Assembly (NCBI GenBank): GCA_964552475.1
Contig: CAZKFZ010000002.1
Location: 134,160-198,159 of the forward strand
DNA from: an uncultured Candidatus Saccharibacteria bacterium
GTDB lineage: Bacteria > Patescibacteriota > Saccharimonadia > CAILAD01 > BJGX01
DNA length: 64,000 nt
Direction: 5' to 3'
In this document: in pieces, positions 9,907 to 20,151 of the stretch
Layout: each line of letters begins with the position of its first letter
How positions within the stretch are numbered: position 1 is the first letter of the stretch
Made by a program: the position numbers and the translations under genes
The notes under the pieces: model-generated
The model's database searches: none
The model's input: only the letters and a program-made list of their open reading frames with translations
What the model was told of the DNA's origin: nothing

Positions 9907-12110
9907 CCACTTTTTTGTGTAGCTGCTACTTTTGCACCAATCTTTCTGCTTTTCTCTTCAATAGATTTGGGCACACCACTAAGAGGTATGCTGAAACCAA
10001 AAGTACTACCCTTGCCCTCTGTGCTTTCAAAGATAATTTCGCCACCCTGGTCTTGCACTACTCTTTTCACTAAATACAAACCTAAGCCTGTACCGTCAGG
10101 ACGAGTGGCTTTGGCATTATTGGCTCGAAACATTTTTGTAAAGAGCTTTTTTTGAACAGCAGCCGGCACGCCAATACCATTATCCTTAACAGTAAAAACC
10201 ACTCTATCGTTATCTAGTTTAAGATCAACGTTTGCTTGGCCGCCACCCATTGGTGGTTGGCTATAGTGGATAGCATTGTCTACTAAATTCATGACTACCT
10301 GACGAGTCTTATTTTCATCGAGCCTAATATTTGGAATTTTTTTAGTTGGGGGTGAGTAATCAATTTTTACCTTTTTACTTTCTGCTAGCGACTTAAGTTG
10401 TTGAAGTTCTTGATCTACAAGGCAAGCCATATCAACCTCTGTAATCTCCAAAAAGAATCTATTGGCATCCATTCTACTAACGTTTAGAAGGTCGTCTATG
10501 AGTCGAGCCATTCTATTAGCACCATCTAGGGTGAGGTCTACTTTTTCACGTTGCTCTTTTGTAAGCTTACCAAAATCACCCTCTTCTAGCATACTAGCAT
10601 ATCCCTTTACGGTAGTTAACGGGGTTCTTAGTTGGTGAGATGCCATAGATATAAATTCGTCTTTGGCTTGATCAAGAATGCGTAATTGATCGTTGGCATT
10701 TCTTAGCTGTGCAGTGCGATCACGTACCTTTTGAGCTAATGTTTCACTAAATAACTGAATTTCTTTATAGCTAAGAGCATTTTGAATAGCGACACTAATC
10801 TCAGTGCCAAGCGTACGCAAAACATTAATGTCTTCAGCGTTAAATATATCTCCGCTCTTTTTTTGGCTCAGTAGCAAGTAGCCAATAAACTGCTCACTAG
10901 TATGAAGCGCTATGCTAATACTAATATCGTATCTTTGCATCAACTCTTTACGCTCACCTCCCACTACTTCATCTATAACTAGTAGAGTTCTTCCTAGTTT
11001 GCGTAACTCATTTTGAGTAATCTGGCTAGACTCATTAACAAAAACATTATTTTCGTAAAAAAGTTGCTTTTCACCAAATACTACAATCTCACCTTTTTCT
11101 ATCTTCATCTTATCGGTGATTTCTTTTACAACTTTTTGCGATACACTGTCTAGATCAATGTCGCTTGCTAATATTTTACCCACATTATTAACCAACTCTT
11201 GAGCATCGTATTTATCTCTATAAAATATGCGATTCGTTATTTTACTGAAATAACGAATTAGAGGCGTAAAAGTAAATGCCATAAGTATTGCTAAACTTAT
11301 ATCTATAGTTTGCTCTAGAGACCTTGATATTGATGGCAGCAAAATATCGAATAGTCTGAATGCTAATAAACCGTAAACAATCGCAATAACACCCACAGAT
11401 AATAAATATGTAAGTGCGCGAACAGCAATAAACTTAATATCAAAAAGTTTATGTTTAATAATGGCGTACCCAATAATAGATATAAACAAAAGAATAGATA
11501 TTGGTGTAACTATTTGTGCAGATGCCGATTGTGTAAAGAAAAAGGCGGCAATAAGATTAATTACAACTAATTGTAAAAAAGCAAATATTATCAAGTAGTT
11601 CGTTATACGCTCGTTTTTAGGTATTTTAAATGTATTAATAATTAGCAGCACTAAACCGTACAAAAAATACAAACCGACCAATACAACTCCTACCATATAC
11701 CATATCCCAGCGTCATTTGTAATAATTCCTGATGAATTGATGGTTACGCTCGTAATACCAAACTTAGTAATATTGGCAATAAATAATAACAAACAAGGTA
11801 TTAAGGTTATGATTAACCAGCTGCGATTATTCTTTTTACCGACATAGTCTCTTATAAACAAAACAAAAAAGTAACCTATAAATAATGAAATAGCTCCAGT
11901 AAGTTTAATAAAGTATAGGTTTAAAATACTATTAATGTTTAATTGTGCTAAACCCTGCAGAGAAAGCCAGGCTGCAACCGACATAGAAAGAAATGCAAAA
12001 TATAAAACGCCTTTACCGCTTTTTCTCACATACGACAAACCAGCAATAGCTAAAATACCCAATACTATTGGCAAATAAAGTGAAGACTGTAGAATGTATA
12101 AATTATGCAT
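9903..12110 (-). CDS. Membrane sensor histidine kinase (7TM-type N-terminus, GAF-like, HisKA, HATPase); no response regulator nearby
   Basis: Many N-terminal TM helices; H-box FISMASHQLRTPLT; NLVDNAIHYS, DNGIG, GTGLGLY, GSTF. Confidence 0.92.
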   Translation of the reverse strand: MHNLYILQSSLYLPIVLGILAIAGLSYVRKSGKGVLYFAFLSMSVAAWLSLQGLAQLNINSILNLYFIKLTGAISLFIGYFFVLFIRDYVGKKNNRSWLIITLIPCLLLFIANITKFGITSVTINSSGIITNDAGIWYMVGVVLVGLYFLYGLVLLIINTFKIPKNERITNYLIIFAFLQLVVINLIAAFFFTQSASAQIVTPISILLFISIIGYAIIKHKLFDIKFIAVRALTYLLSVGVIAIVYGLLAFRLFDILLPSISRSLEQTIDISLAILMAFTFTPLIRYFSKITNRIFYRDKYDAQELVNNVGKILASDIDLDSVSQKVVKEITDKMKIEKGEIVVFGEKQLFYENNVFVNESSQITQNELRKLGRTLLVIDEVVGGERKELMQRYDISISIALHTSEQFIGYLLLSQKKSGDIFNAEDINVLRTLGTEISVAIQNALSYKEIQLFSETLAQKVRDRTAQLRNANDQLRILDQAKDEFISMASHQLRTPLTTVKGYASMLEEGDFGKLTKEQREKVDLTLDGANRMARLIDDLLNVSRMDANRFFLEITEVDMACLVDQELQQLKSLAESKKVKIDYSPPTKKIPNIRLDENKTRQVVMNLVDNAIHYSQPPMGGGQANVDLKLDNDRVVFTVKDNGIGVPAAVQKKLFTKMFRANNAKATRPDGTGLGLYLVKRVVQDQGGEIIFESTEGKGSTFGFSIPLSGVPKSIEEKSRKIGAKVAATQKSG

Positions 12111-12212
12111 CAGCCTTTTTACTAATCAATACGTTTGCTTTTGACTATCATATTCATATAGTCTTATTATATACATCATATCTTAAAAAGTCTTTTTAAA
12201 TCTGTAATACTT

Positions 12213-13142
12213 ATGAATGAATCCACTATTAAGCAGTTTCCCAACTTTTTACCAATTAGTTTAGACATGCATAGTGATATTGCGAAAATCACTTCAAGGT
12301 ACCCAAATTACCATGATTTCTCAATTGGTAATCTTTATTGCTGGGATACAGACAAATCTATAAAAGTATGTATACTTAATAACAACTTAGTTGTGCAGTT
12401 TGTTGACTATATAGACGAATCAAATCATTTCCTTTCTTTTTTAGGTAACAATAAAACTAACGAAACAGTAAAATTGTTACTTAAGTATAGTCAAGACAAA
12501 CTTGGAGTAGATTATCTTAGGTATGTTCCAGAGATATCAGTATCTGAACTAAATGATACTTTTACTAGAGAAGAGGTAAGAAATGACTTTGATTACATTT
12601 ACGACTTGAGTCAATATTCTAACGAGAAGCAATTACCAGACCATATAAGGCCTGAGTATAACTCATTTATTAATAAATATGGGGGTAGTGCAATTTTTAC
12701 AACCTACGAGTATATTCCCCAGGAACTAAACATCGCTTTACTAGAAATTTTTAGTACTTGGGAAAATAATAAAGCCGATACAATCAATCATGAACAAGAA
12801 AGAAAGGCTTTGATTAATATGATAAACTTCCCCCAGGAAAAGGCGAACTTTTGGACATTAATACTTTACGACAACGAAAAGCCAATTGGGTTTACTATCA
12901 ACGAGATTACTACCAACAAAGAGTTTGCTATTGGCCATTTCTGTAAAGCAGATATTAACTACAAAAGAATATTTGATTTTCTGACGGTAGAAGCCTTTAT
13001 AAAACTATCAAAACTAGGTGTGAAGTTTTTTAATATGGAGCCAGACTTGGGTATAGAGGGTCTTCGTAATAACAAGCTAGAAAAACAGCCATCTGGGTTC
13101 CTTAAAAAATACACAGTTAAATTAAAAAAGACTAGATACTAG
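12213..13142 (+). CDS. DUF2156 / phosphatidylglycerol lysyltransferase-like domain protein (soluble, FemX-like GNAT fold)
   Basis: DFSIGNLYCW, RNDFDYIYD, IGHFCKAD..YK, FNMEPDLGIEGLRNNK...P..FLKKY match DUF2156 signatures. Confidence 0.8.
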   Translation: MNESTIKQFPNFLPISLDMHSDIAKITSRYPNYHDFSIGNLYCWDTDKSIKVCILNNNLVVQFVDYIDESNHFLSFLGNNKTNETVKLLLKYSQDKLGVDYLRYVPEISVSELNDTFTREEVRNDFDYIYDLSQYSNEKQLPDHIRPEYNSFINKYGGSAIFTTYEYIPQELNIALLEIFSTWENNKADTINHEQERKALINMINFPQEKANFWTLILYDNEKPIGFTINEITTNKEFAIGHFCKADINYKRIFDFLTVEAFIKLSKLGVKFFNMEPDLGIEGLRNNKLEKQPSGFLKKYTVKLKKTRY

Positions 13143-13151
13143 TCTTTATAT

Positions 13152-14351
13152 TTAGTTTATGGCTAATAACCCATATAAGGTGTTGTCTATTCTAACAGGT
13201 GTTTCTACTTCCATTTCACCGCTGTTCGAAATATACCCCTCTACAATACTAGGTATGTATTGTTCTGAAAGATTAGTTGTTTCAAACATTACAGCAAATT
13301 TCTTGCCAGTTTTTGCCATTATTTTAGCAACAAATGTTATTGTTGGTTCGGAATATCCACCGATACTATCAGCTTTTGCAACTATACCAGGAAAGAAGAA
13401 AGGAACTTCGTCTTGTTCAATATGTTCTTTGATAAACTCTTCTCTTAACCATACCTCTGCGTTTGGATCAAGAACTCCATAAGTCCAGCATACTGGCTCT
13501 GAAGAAACAAAATATACACAAACAACAGTCTGTGGGTTGCGCAACAACTCTACAAATTCATGCTTATTCTCTTCCATAGATATTGGATGATTCTCGCCTA
13601 ACCACTCAAAACGATTTTGGTAAATATCCCAAAGTTGGTCGACAAGTTCATCGGGAATCTCTTGACCTTTAAGTAGGGTCGCACCATCATTTGGAAATTT
13701 TTCAAACTCACCTTGATCGCAAGCTTCGCTAAAAGCTTCATAGATATCGTTAGGTCGTTCTTCTATAGTATCTTGACCATCAAGTGACTCGATACTAGTA
13801 AGTACAACTTTATAGTAGTTAATACTCACATTTCTATAAGCTTCTTCTGCTCGAGAGTCCTGTAGTGAAACCTCGTGATATTGTACTCCTGATTGCGTAA
13901 GAAGGTCTAATAATTCTTGTTGTGTCACTGCGTCAGCTTCTACGAAATCAAAAAATATTGCACATTTTTCTTTTCGTAATTTACTAAGCTCGGCAATTAG
14001 TTTCTCTTTTGTTGGGCCATCCTGTATTGAATTAGGTGGTAAACAGAAATAGTATATATCTTTAATATCTTCACCTATACTAGTCCGTGCAATCTCAGAA
14101 CATCTCTGGGCATCGTAGCCTGCAGCATACTTAATTGGAGTCAAGACTGGAATAATGTTTTTGCCTATATTTACTATGGTAGTTCTTGGGTCTCTGATAG
14201 AAGCCATTGCTAGATCTTTATCTAGCAAGCCGACCTTTCTCACGCCTAGAGCTTGTTCGTCACAAACACGCCTATATTCTTCCCAACTAAATCCATTCAG
14301 ACCTTCGGTTTCAGAAGAATCGGGGTTAATAATTATCGGTTCTGTTGCCAT
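13152..14351 (-). CDS. Hypothetical protein, possible degenerate GNAT fold at C-terminus
   Basis: 399-aa ORF 12 bp downstream of the decarboxylase; FFFPGIVAK...GGYS...VMFETTN resembles GNAT beta4/motif A/beta5 (inference). Confidence 0.55.
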   Translation of the reverse strand: MATEPIIINPDSSETEGLNGFSWEEYRRVCDEQALGVRKVGLLDKDLAMASIRDPRTTIVNIGKNIIPVLTPIKYAAGYDAQRCSEIARTSIGEDIKDIYYFCLPPNSIQDGPTKEKLIAELSKLRKEKCAIFFDFVEADAVTQQELLDLLTQSGVQYHEVSLQDSRAEEAYRNVSINYYKVVLTSIESLDGQDTIEERPNDIYEAFSEACDQGEFEKFPNDGATLLKGQEIPDELVDQLWDIYQNRFEWLGENHPISMEENKHEFVELLRNPQTVVCVYFVSSEPVCWTYGVLDPNAEVWLREEFIKEHIEQDEVPFFFPGIVAKADSIGGYSEPTITFVAKIMAKTGKKFAVMFETTNLSEQYIPSIVEGYISNSGEMEVETPVRIDNTLYGLLAIN

Positions 14352-14363
14352 TCTTATATCCTT

Positions 14364-15524
14364 TCAAACATAGTAAACTTTAGGTGGACCAAAACCATTA
14401 AATGAAGATGCATAGCTCAACGTATAAGCACCCGCTGAACCAATATATATATGGTCGTCTATTGTGAGATTTTTTGCAAGTTGAATACTCTCAAACATAG
14501 TGTCTAAACTATCACAAGTTGGACCGGTTAATACATAGTTAAGCTTAGACTTACCATCGACCGAAATGTCTTTTGATGTTCTTAGTGGATAAACGAGAGA
14601 ACCTTGTGTAGAAGTAGTCTCTATGAGTCCATTATATGCACCAATATCTAAGTATAACCAATTCCTACCGCCTCTAATTGTTCTGCTAAGAACCGATGTA
14701 ACAATTAGGCCTGCCTCGGCTACCAAACATCGGCCGGGTTCAGCAGCTATTTTGACTTTGTATGGTAAATACTTTTTTATTGCATTATTTATAACAATAG
14801 ATATTTCATCTATTTCTGGTACATCTTCGGTGTACTTGGCTGGGAATCCACCGCCAATATCTAGCATATCGATCTTAATATTCTTTCGATTTAGTTCCTC
14901 CATTAAACTACCTATTGTTTGAATAGCAAAATCCCAACTATTTACTTCGGTTGATTGTGAACCTATGTGAAAAGTCAACCCATAAGCTTGTAGCCCAAGT
15001 GAAATTGCATACTCAAAGAGCTCGACAACCTCGCGTGGTGGTGCACCAAACTTTTGCGAAAGCGGCCATTTAGAGCCAAGGTCGCTCACAGCCACTCTTA
15101 CGTATACCTTAGAGTTGGGTGCATTTTTCGATACTTTTTCTACCTCGCTAAAGCAGTCTACCGAAAATCTATCCACTCCTAAATCGAAGGTTTTTTTAAT
15201 ATCCTCCGTTGATTTAACGGGCGCACTATATAATATCCTCGATGGTGTTACACCAACTTTTTCTTTAAGTAAAATAGCCTCATTGTAAGAAGCTATTTCA
15301 AATCCAGACCCAAGTTCGTGTAGTCTTTTTAGTACGCCAATTTCAGGATTACACTTAACTGCGTAGTGAATATTAAGTTCTTTAAAGTAAGTTTTAAACT
15401 CTTTGTAGCGGTCTGTAAGCCTATTTAAATCGATAAGTAAATAAGGAGTTTTGTGGTTTATTTTTTTCAGGTATTGATATGTAAACGGGTCAAGAGAATT
15501 ATTTTTAGTTTTCGTAGTTTTCAT
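14364..15524 (-). CDS. Fold-type III PLP-dependent ornithine/lysine decarboxylase
   Basis: HYAVKCN (PLP lysine), FHIGSQ, DIGGGF, EPGR, GPTCDSLD, GAYT. Confidence 0.93.
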   Translation of the reverse strand: MKTTKTKNNSLDPFTYQYLKKINHKTPYLLIDLNRLTDRYKEFKTYFKELNIHYAVKCNPEIGVLKRLHELGSGFEIASYNEAILLKEKVGVTPSRILYSAPVKSTEDIKKTFDLGVDRFSVDCFSEVEKVSKNAPNSKVYVRVAVSDLGSKWPLSQKFGAPPREVVELFEYAISLGLQAYGLTFHIGSQSTEVNSWDFAIQTIGSLMEELNRKNIKIDMLDIGGGFPAKYTEDVPEIDEISIVINNAIKKYLPYKVKIAAEPGRCLVAEAGLIVTSVLSRTIRGGRNWLYLDIGAYNGLIETTSTQGSLVYPLRTSKDISVDGKSKLNYVLTGPTCDSLDTMFESIQLAKNLTIDDHIYIGSAGAYTLSYASSFNGFGPPKVYYV

Positions 15525-15643
15525 ATATCATTTTATTATAGATTGAATGAGTTGAAATGTGAAACGGAGATCAATTCCGATGATGATTGAAATGCTTCTG
15601 TACACTCAGCGGTTTATGAACTTGGGGGTTGGTGATAGTTTCA

Positions 15644-15937
15644 CTAAGTAGTCTGATTTTCTTGCATTAATCTAATATTGGCTTTTACCATCTGCCACTT
15701 TGCATCTCGATAGTATTTTGGAGTATCTCCACGATCTAATTCTACTAACATATCGAATGTTTCAGAAAATAACTCGCTAAAATTACTACCTTCGTTATAT
15801 TTGTCGAAGAAACTACTTGTAGCAACCGACACCATATTGGCTAATACCTGACTCTCGTTCGAACTATTCAAAGCATTTAGCTGATCTTGCCAGAAATTTA
15901 TAAAGTCATTCATGGATTGAAGTTGATTTGGTTTCAT
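15644..15937 (-). CDS. Hypothetical helical protein (97 aa)
   Basis: ORF filling the gap with plausible composition. Confidence 0.6.
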   Translation of the reverse strand: MKPNQLQSMNDFINFWQDQLNALNSSNESQVLANMVSVATSSFFDKYNEGSNFSELFSETFDMLVELDRGDTPKYYRDAKWQMVKANIRLMQENQTT

Positions 15938-15994
15938 AATATATAATAATTAAATAAAATAGGCAGTTTCAGACATGCCTAGGTCTAATACGGG

Positions 15995-16177
15995 TTAGGT
16001 TGCTGAACGCCCGTATGTGGTATCACCGGTGTCGCTAATAGCGACATGGGTGTGGTTTCCACCATCTGCCTTGTCGGCAATGATGAACTCGGTCTGTGCT
16101 TGGCCAGTATCACGGTTTTCACCGCTCTTGACCATAGTAACCGTATCTTTGGTTTCATCTTGCTTAAACCAGCCCAT
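15995..16177 (-). CDS. Small hypothetical protein (60 aa)
   Basis: AGAAAGGAAAG SD-like sequence just before ATG; best of several overlapping ORFs. Confidence 0.55.
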   Translation of the reverse strand: MGWFKQDETKDTVTMVKSGENRDTGQAQTEFIIADKADGGNHTHVAISDTGDTTYGRSAT

Positions 16178-16394
16178 GGCTTTCCTTTCTGGTATGCCAA
16201 TATACGGACTTCGGGCTTGAATAGGTACCGCTGGTAAATTTTACCTACACCAATCTTGCCAAAGACGGTCTAGGTAATAAAAGTAAAAAACACCCGCTAG
16301 ATATCATTTAGAAATCTTGCAAGGTGCTTTTTACCCCAGACGCTTAAATTTTATTATCATAAGTTTTAGATGTCAAGCATTTACATTTTAATTT

Positions 16395-17681
16395 TTATCC
16401 AAAATATCGTTCAGTCACTTTTTGATAAGCAAACTTATCAATGTTATTACCCACTAGCGACAGAATCCAACTGCCTTTTTTTACAAAAGTTTTGTTTAAG
16501 GCCACAATATCCGAAGGCTTTAGCTTATTTATAAGCTTTACAAACTCGTCGGGTCCTACTAAATTATCGCCATCTACAAACATACCTTCATAGTAATAAC
16601 CCAATTCTTCAGCCCTATCGTAGCTTCGTTCAAACCGGCCACGAATAAAACCCACCGCTCTTTCAAATTCTTTTTTTGTAAAATTACCTTTTAATATGTC
16701 TTGTAGTTCACGCAAGCATAATTCGTACAGAGCAAAGGCTTTACTGTCTTCTGTTTGATCAGAAAAACCAAAAGTACTAATTTCTTTATCTAGGCTGTAA
16801 CCCACCGACACACCATAACTAAGCCCGGCCGAACGCGCCTTATCGTGCAATCTAGAAAACTCACCCACCCCGTACATTATTCTCAACACTCGCATGGCAG
16901 CATCTATAGAAATATCGTACTTGGGTTGCAACAAATCAAAGCTTATGTTTGTTTGTCCTTCAAACTTTGGTTTTTGCACACTGATTGTTTTTACTGCCGA
17001 CAAATTTATGGTTTTTTTGTAAGGCGTTTCTTGGCCAACAGCAATACTAGACAAATTGTTGTTTATCCTATTTACAAGACCCTCTTTTGAGTTAGTTGTA
17101 AAATCGCCTGCTACAATAATAGCTAAATTATTTAGTACGTGGTATTTTTTGTGATAGCTCTTAATATCTTGTAAGCTAATATTTTGAAGAGTCTCTATTC
17201 GGTCAGGTATTGGTAGAGAATGTTTAGCAAGTTTTAGATATACACCATTATAGCCACAACGGGATCTGTCGGTGGTAAGCTTGCGCGATAGTTCACTTTT
17301 TATAACTTCTTTTTCACTCTCTAGGTCTGCTTGTTTAAAGATTGGCGAGCTCAACTGACCACATGCAATATCCACTATACGTCTATACTCCTTTATTGAT
17401 GATTCGTATATATAATTTATAGTGTTGTCTGAAGTTGTAGCATTGGTGTATGCACCATCTTTTTCTACCTCGTAGGCAAATGCCATCTTGCTTGGTAGCA
17501 TCTTTGTGCCATTAAATGCCAGGTGTTCTAGTAGGTGAGCAATTTCAAATTTGTCTTTGGGAGTATATTTAGTACCACCTCTTACAAATGTACTAAATAA
17601 AAACCCCGATGCGCCGGGAGTATTTACCAGCAACAATTTGCTGCCGCCTTTTAAGTTGATTATTTCAGTGCTATGTTTCAT
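16395..17681 (-). CDS. M16 (pitrilysin-like) zinc peptidase
   Basis: Inverted zinc motif HLLEH, NATT, EKEVIKSE, GLSYGV. Confidence 0.9.
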   Translation of the reverse strand: MKHSTEIINLKGGSKLLLVNTPGASGFLFSTFVRGGTKYTPKDKFEIAHLLEHLAFNGTKMLPSKMAFAYEVEKDGAYTNATTSDNTINYIYESSIKEYRRIVDIACGQLSSPIFKQADLESEKEVIKSELSRKLTTDRSRCGYNGVYLKLAKHSLPIPDRIETLQNISLQDIKSYHKKYHVLNNLAIIVAGDFTTNSKEGLVNRINNNLSSIAVGQETPYKKTINLSAVKTISVQKPKFEGQTNISFDLLQPKYDISIDAAMRVLRIMYGVGEFSRLHDKARSAGLSYGVSVGYSLDKEISTFGFSDQTEDSKAFALYELCLRELQDILKGNFTKKEFERAVGFIRGRFERSYDRAEELGYYYEGMFVDGDNLVGPDEFVKLINKLKPSDIVALNKTFVKKGSWILSLVGNNIDKFAYQKVTERYFG

Positions 17682-17707
17682 ATTTAGCCTTCTTAATTAA
17701 GATATTA

Positions 17708-17995
17708 TTATAACTTTACTATTGTGCTAATGTTGTCGTTTTCACTTGCTTTGTTTATTTTAGAATAACCACACTTAATGCAGGTGTGTTTGAGAGTATA
17801 TTTATCAGCTTTTACTGTGTCTAAACTAGGTTTCATGAGACCACAGCATTTACTAGCTCTATCTCCTGGATTATTGTCTACATGTTTAGACCAAAGACAT
17901 TCTGAACAATGGTTAGTGTAGCCGTTACCCTCTACAAAATGCCCGCACTTATCACAATTAAAATTTTCTTTGGTGCGTTTAAAACTTTGTGTCAC
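17708..17995 (-). CDS. RNHCP-domain zinc-ribbon protein
   Basis: FNCDKCG, YTNHCSECLWSKHVD..PGDRA..C.GLMKP, HTCIKCG. Confidence 0.88.
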   Translation of the reverse strand: MTQSFKRTKENFNCDKCGHFVEGNGYTNHCSECLWSKHVDNNPGDRASKCCGLMKPSLDTVKADKYTLKHTCIKCGYSKINKASENDNISTIVKL

Positions 17996-19241
17996 TTTTT
18001 ATATCAGCAATATTTACTAACTTAAGTTCAAATCCTTCTGTGCGACTACGTATCTCAACGCAACCTTGTTCTAACGATTTTTTAGATACAACTATTTGTA
18101 TTGGACAACCTATTAAATCGGCATCGGCAAACTTTTGGCCTGCAGAAGCATCATCTCTATCGTCGTATAGACAATTCTGGGTACCTAAGGTCTTGTACAG
18201 TTTCTGAGCAACTTCAAAATTATTCTTATCGGCCAAAGCTACAATATGAAACTTAAAAGGCGCAATGCTTTCTGGCCATACTAGGCCTTTATCATCGCTA
18301 AGTTTTTCAGTAACAACACCCATAAGTCTAGAAATACCAATACCGTAGCTACCCATCCAAACTAATCCCTTTTTATTGTCTTTATCGGTATAATAATAAT
18401 CTAGAGCTTTTGAAAATTTTGTGCCTAGTGGAAATATATTGCCAACTTCACTAGCACTTACAATTTCTAGGTTACTAAAATCTACACCCAACTTCTTAGC
18501 ATCGGCCGGTGTTGTTACCTCTTTGTTGTAGGCAATTTTATTCTTTCTATCTAAGTAAATAGTGTCTTCACCTTCTTCTAGTAAAGTCTGAAATTCGTGA
18601 GAGTAGTTGGTGGTAAAATCACCACCCGAAGCGTAAGTAAGAAATGTATCGTCACCTATACCCAATTTTTCATACACACCTTTGTATACAATCTTCATAT
18701 TCTCATAAAATTCCATAAGACTTTTTTCTGAAGTGTGAAAACTATATAAATCTTTCATAATAAATTCTCTACCTCGCAATACTCCAGACTTAGCTCGAGG
18801 TTCGTTTCTAAACTTATTCTGAATTTGATAGGTAGAAAACGGAAAGTCCTTGTAACTATTACGGAAATGTTTGGCAATTGGCGTAATAACGTCTTCATGT
18901 GTTGGGTTGAGGATATATTCGGCATCGTTTTTAGCTAACGCTAGTTTATTAGCGCCTTTGGTGCCAATAAGAACATCTATAGTTTCTAGTCTGTCAGTAT
19001 TATGCCAGCGTTCGGTAGGTGAAAGAGATGGTAATAATGTTTCTGTAGATACAACATCCATTGCCTCCCTAACAATTGTGCTGATTTTTTGTATTACTTT
19101 TAGGCCGAGTGGTAAATAAGCATAAACTCCAGCCATTTCTTGATATATAAATCCAGCCCTTGTAAGAAGTTGGGCGTTTTTTGACTCTGTTTGAGTAGAT
19201 ACATCTTTAGATGTTTTTGTATATAGCTGTGAGAGTTTCAT
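17979..19241 (-). CDS. proS: Prolyl-tRNA synthetase (short form, no INS editing domain)
   Basis: AGVYAYLPLG, QIQNKFRNEPRAKSGVLRGREFIMKDLYSF, EVGNIFPLGTKFS, MGSYGIGISR. Confidence 0.95.
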   Translation of the reverse strand: MKLSQLYTKTSKDVSTQTESKNAQLLTRAGFIYQEMAGVYAYLPLGLKVIQKISTIVREAMDVVSTETLLPSLSPTERWHNTDRLETIDVLIGTKGANKLALAKNDAEYILNPTHEDVITPIAKHFRNSYKDFPFSTYQIQNKFRNEPRAKSGVLRGREFIMKDLYSFHTSEKSLMEFYENMKIVYKGVYEKLGIGDDTFLTYASGGDFTTNYSHEFQTLLEEGEDTIYLDRKNKIAYNKEVTTPADAKKLGVDFSNLEIVSASEVGNIFPLGTKFSKALDYYYTDKDNKKGLVWMGSYGIGISRLMGVVTEKLSDDKGLVWPESIAPFKFHIVALADKNNFEVAQKLYKTLGTQNCLYDDRDDASAGQKFADADLIGCPIQIVVSKKSLEQGCVEIRSRTEGFELKLVNIADIKSDTKF

Positions 19242-19249
19242 GTCTGAAA

Positions 19250-19972
19250 TTATATCATAGTCTCTTCTGGTTCGCTTAAAACAAACCCTTTGTACCCCTT
19301 GCGTGCTCTGTAGCGAGGTAAAAATGGTATTATATCTAAGCTTTTTATCCGCTCAAAACTCTGGGCATTTTTTGGAACCATTGCACTTGCTGGAATTCTG
19401 TCATTGCAAGTGAATATATTACGTCGTATTTGTGTATTATTTTTACCTTTTAATAAATTTACTATAGCTTTCTCTAAGTCTTTAATAGCCTTACTGCTTC
19501 GACAATACTTATAGTGATACTCTAAAGAAATGGATTGTTTGAACTGACCTATGAGTGAACCAAAACTTGATTGCATATATACAATATTTTTGACTTGCAA
19601 TTGATTAATTATTTGCTTAGTACCATTGCTTTGGTTGGTAATTATTGGCACGAGCCCCTCACTATTACCAGTGGTGTGTATATCAATAATATAGCTATTA
19701 GGGTCAATAGTATGAAGTAGTTTTTTAGCTAGTTTCTCTTCGTGGTTGCCATTAATACTCCCTGGGAATGATCTGTTTAGATCACCATCTATACCACGAC
19801 GACGTTTGTTGAGTGCCTCGGTATTTGCCAGTATAAGTGTGAGGCCTGGGTAGATATTTATGTGTTTGGCAAAGTGATTAAACACTGTTCGACCAAAAAA
19901 CTCATCACCATGTACACCACCAATGAGTGTAACCTTATATTTACTTGAATTGTTGTTTTGTAATTTTTTCAT
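19250..19972 (-). CDS. Succinylglutamate desuccinylase/aspartoacylase (M14) family hydrolase
   Basis: GGVHGDE, DLNRSFPG, IDIHT zinc motifs; start moved to MKKLQ (19972). Confidence 0.85.
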   Translation of the reverse strand: MKKLQNNNSSKYKVTLIGGVHGDEFFGRTVFNHFAKHINIYPGLTLILANTEALNKRRRGIDGDLNRSFPGSINGNHEEKLAKKLLHTIDPNSYIIDIHTTGNSEGLVPIITNQSNGTKQIINQLQVKNIVYMQSSFGSLIGQFKQSISLEYHYKYCRSSKAIKDLEKAIVNLLKGKNNTQIRRNIFTCNDRIPASAMVPKNAQSFERIKSLDIIPFLPRYRARKGYKGFVLSEPEETMI

Positions 19973-20151
19973 AATGTTTTTACTTAAGCATGGTTGTGGT
20001 GTTGCAGGGGTGGGCTTTAATAGCCCACCCCTGCTTACGTCGGCCAGCATGGGGCCGTTCCATAGCTATCACCAGTCGCCGCTCATAGCTGCCTTTCCTG
20101 AGTGTCGGGGCGACACTCATAGTTGGTGAACTTTGCGAGATTTAGTTTGAA

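Noticed and set aside
19973-20050. 26-aa N-terminal extension of the M14 hydrolase in the ORF track
   Set aside because: Runs through a perfect GC hairpin and is not part of the domain; the ATG at 19972 is more plausible
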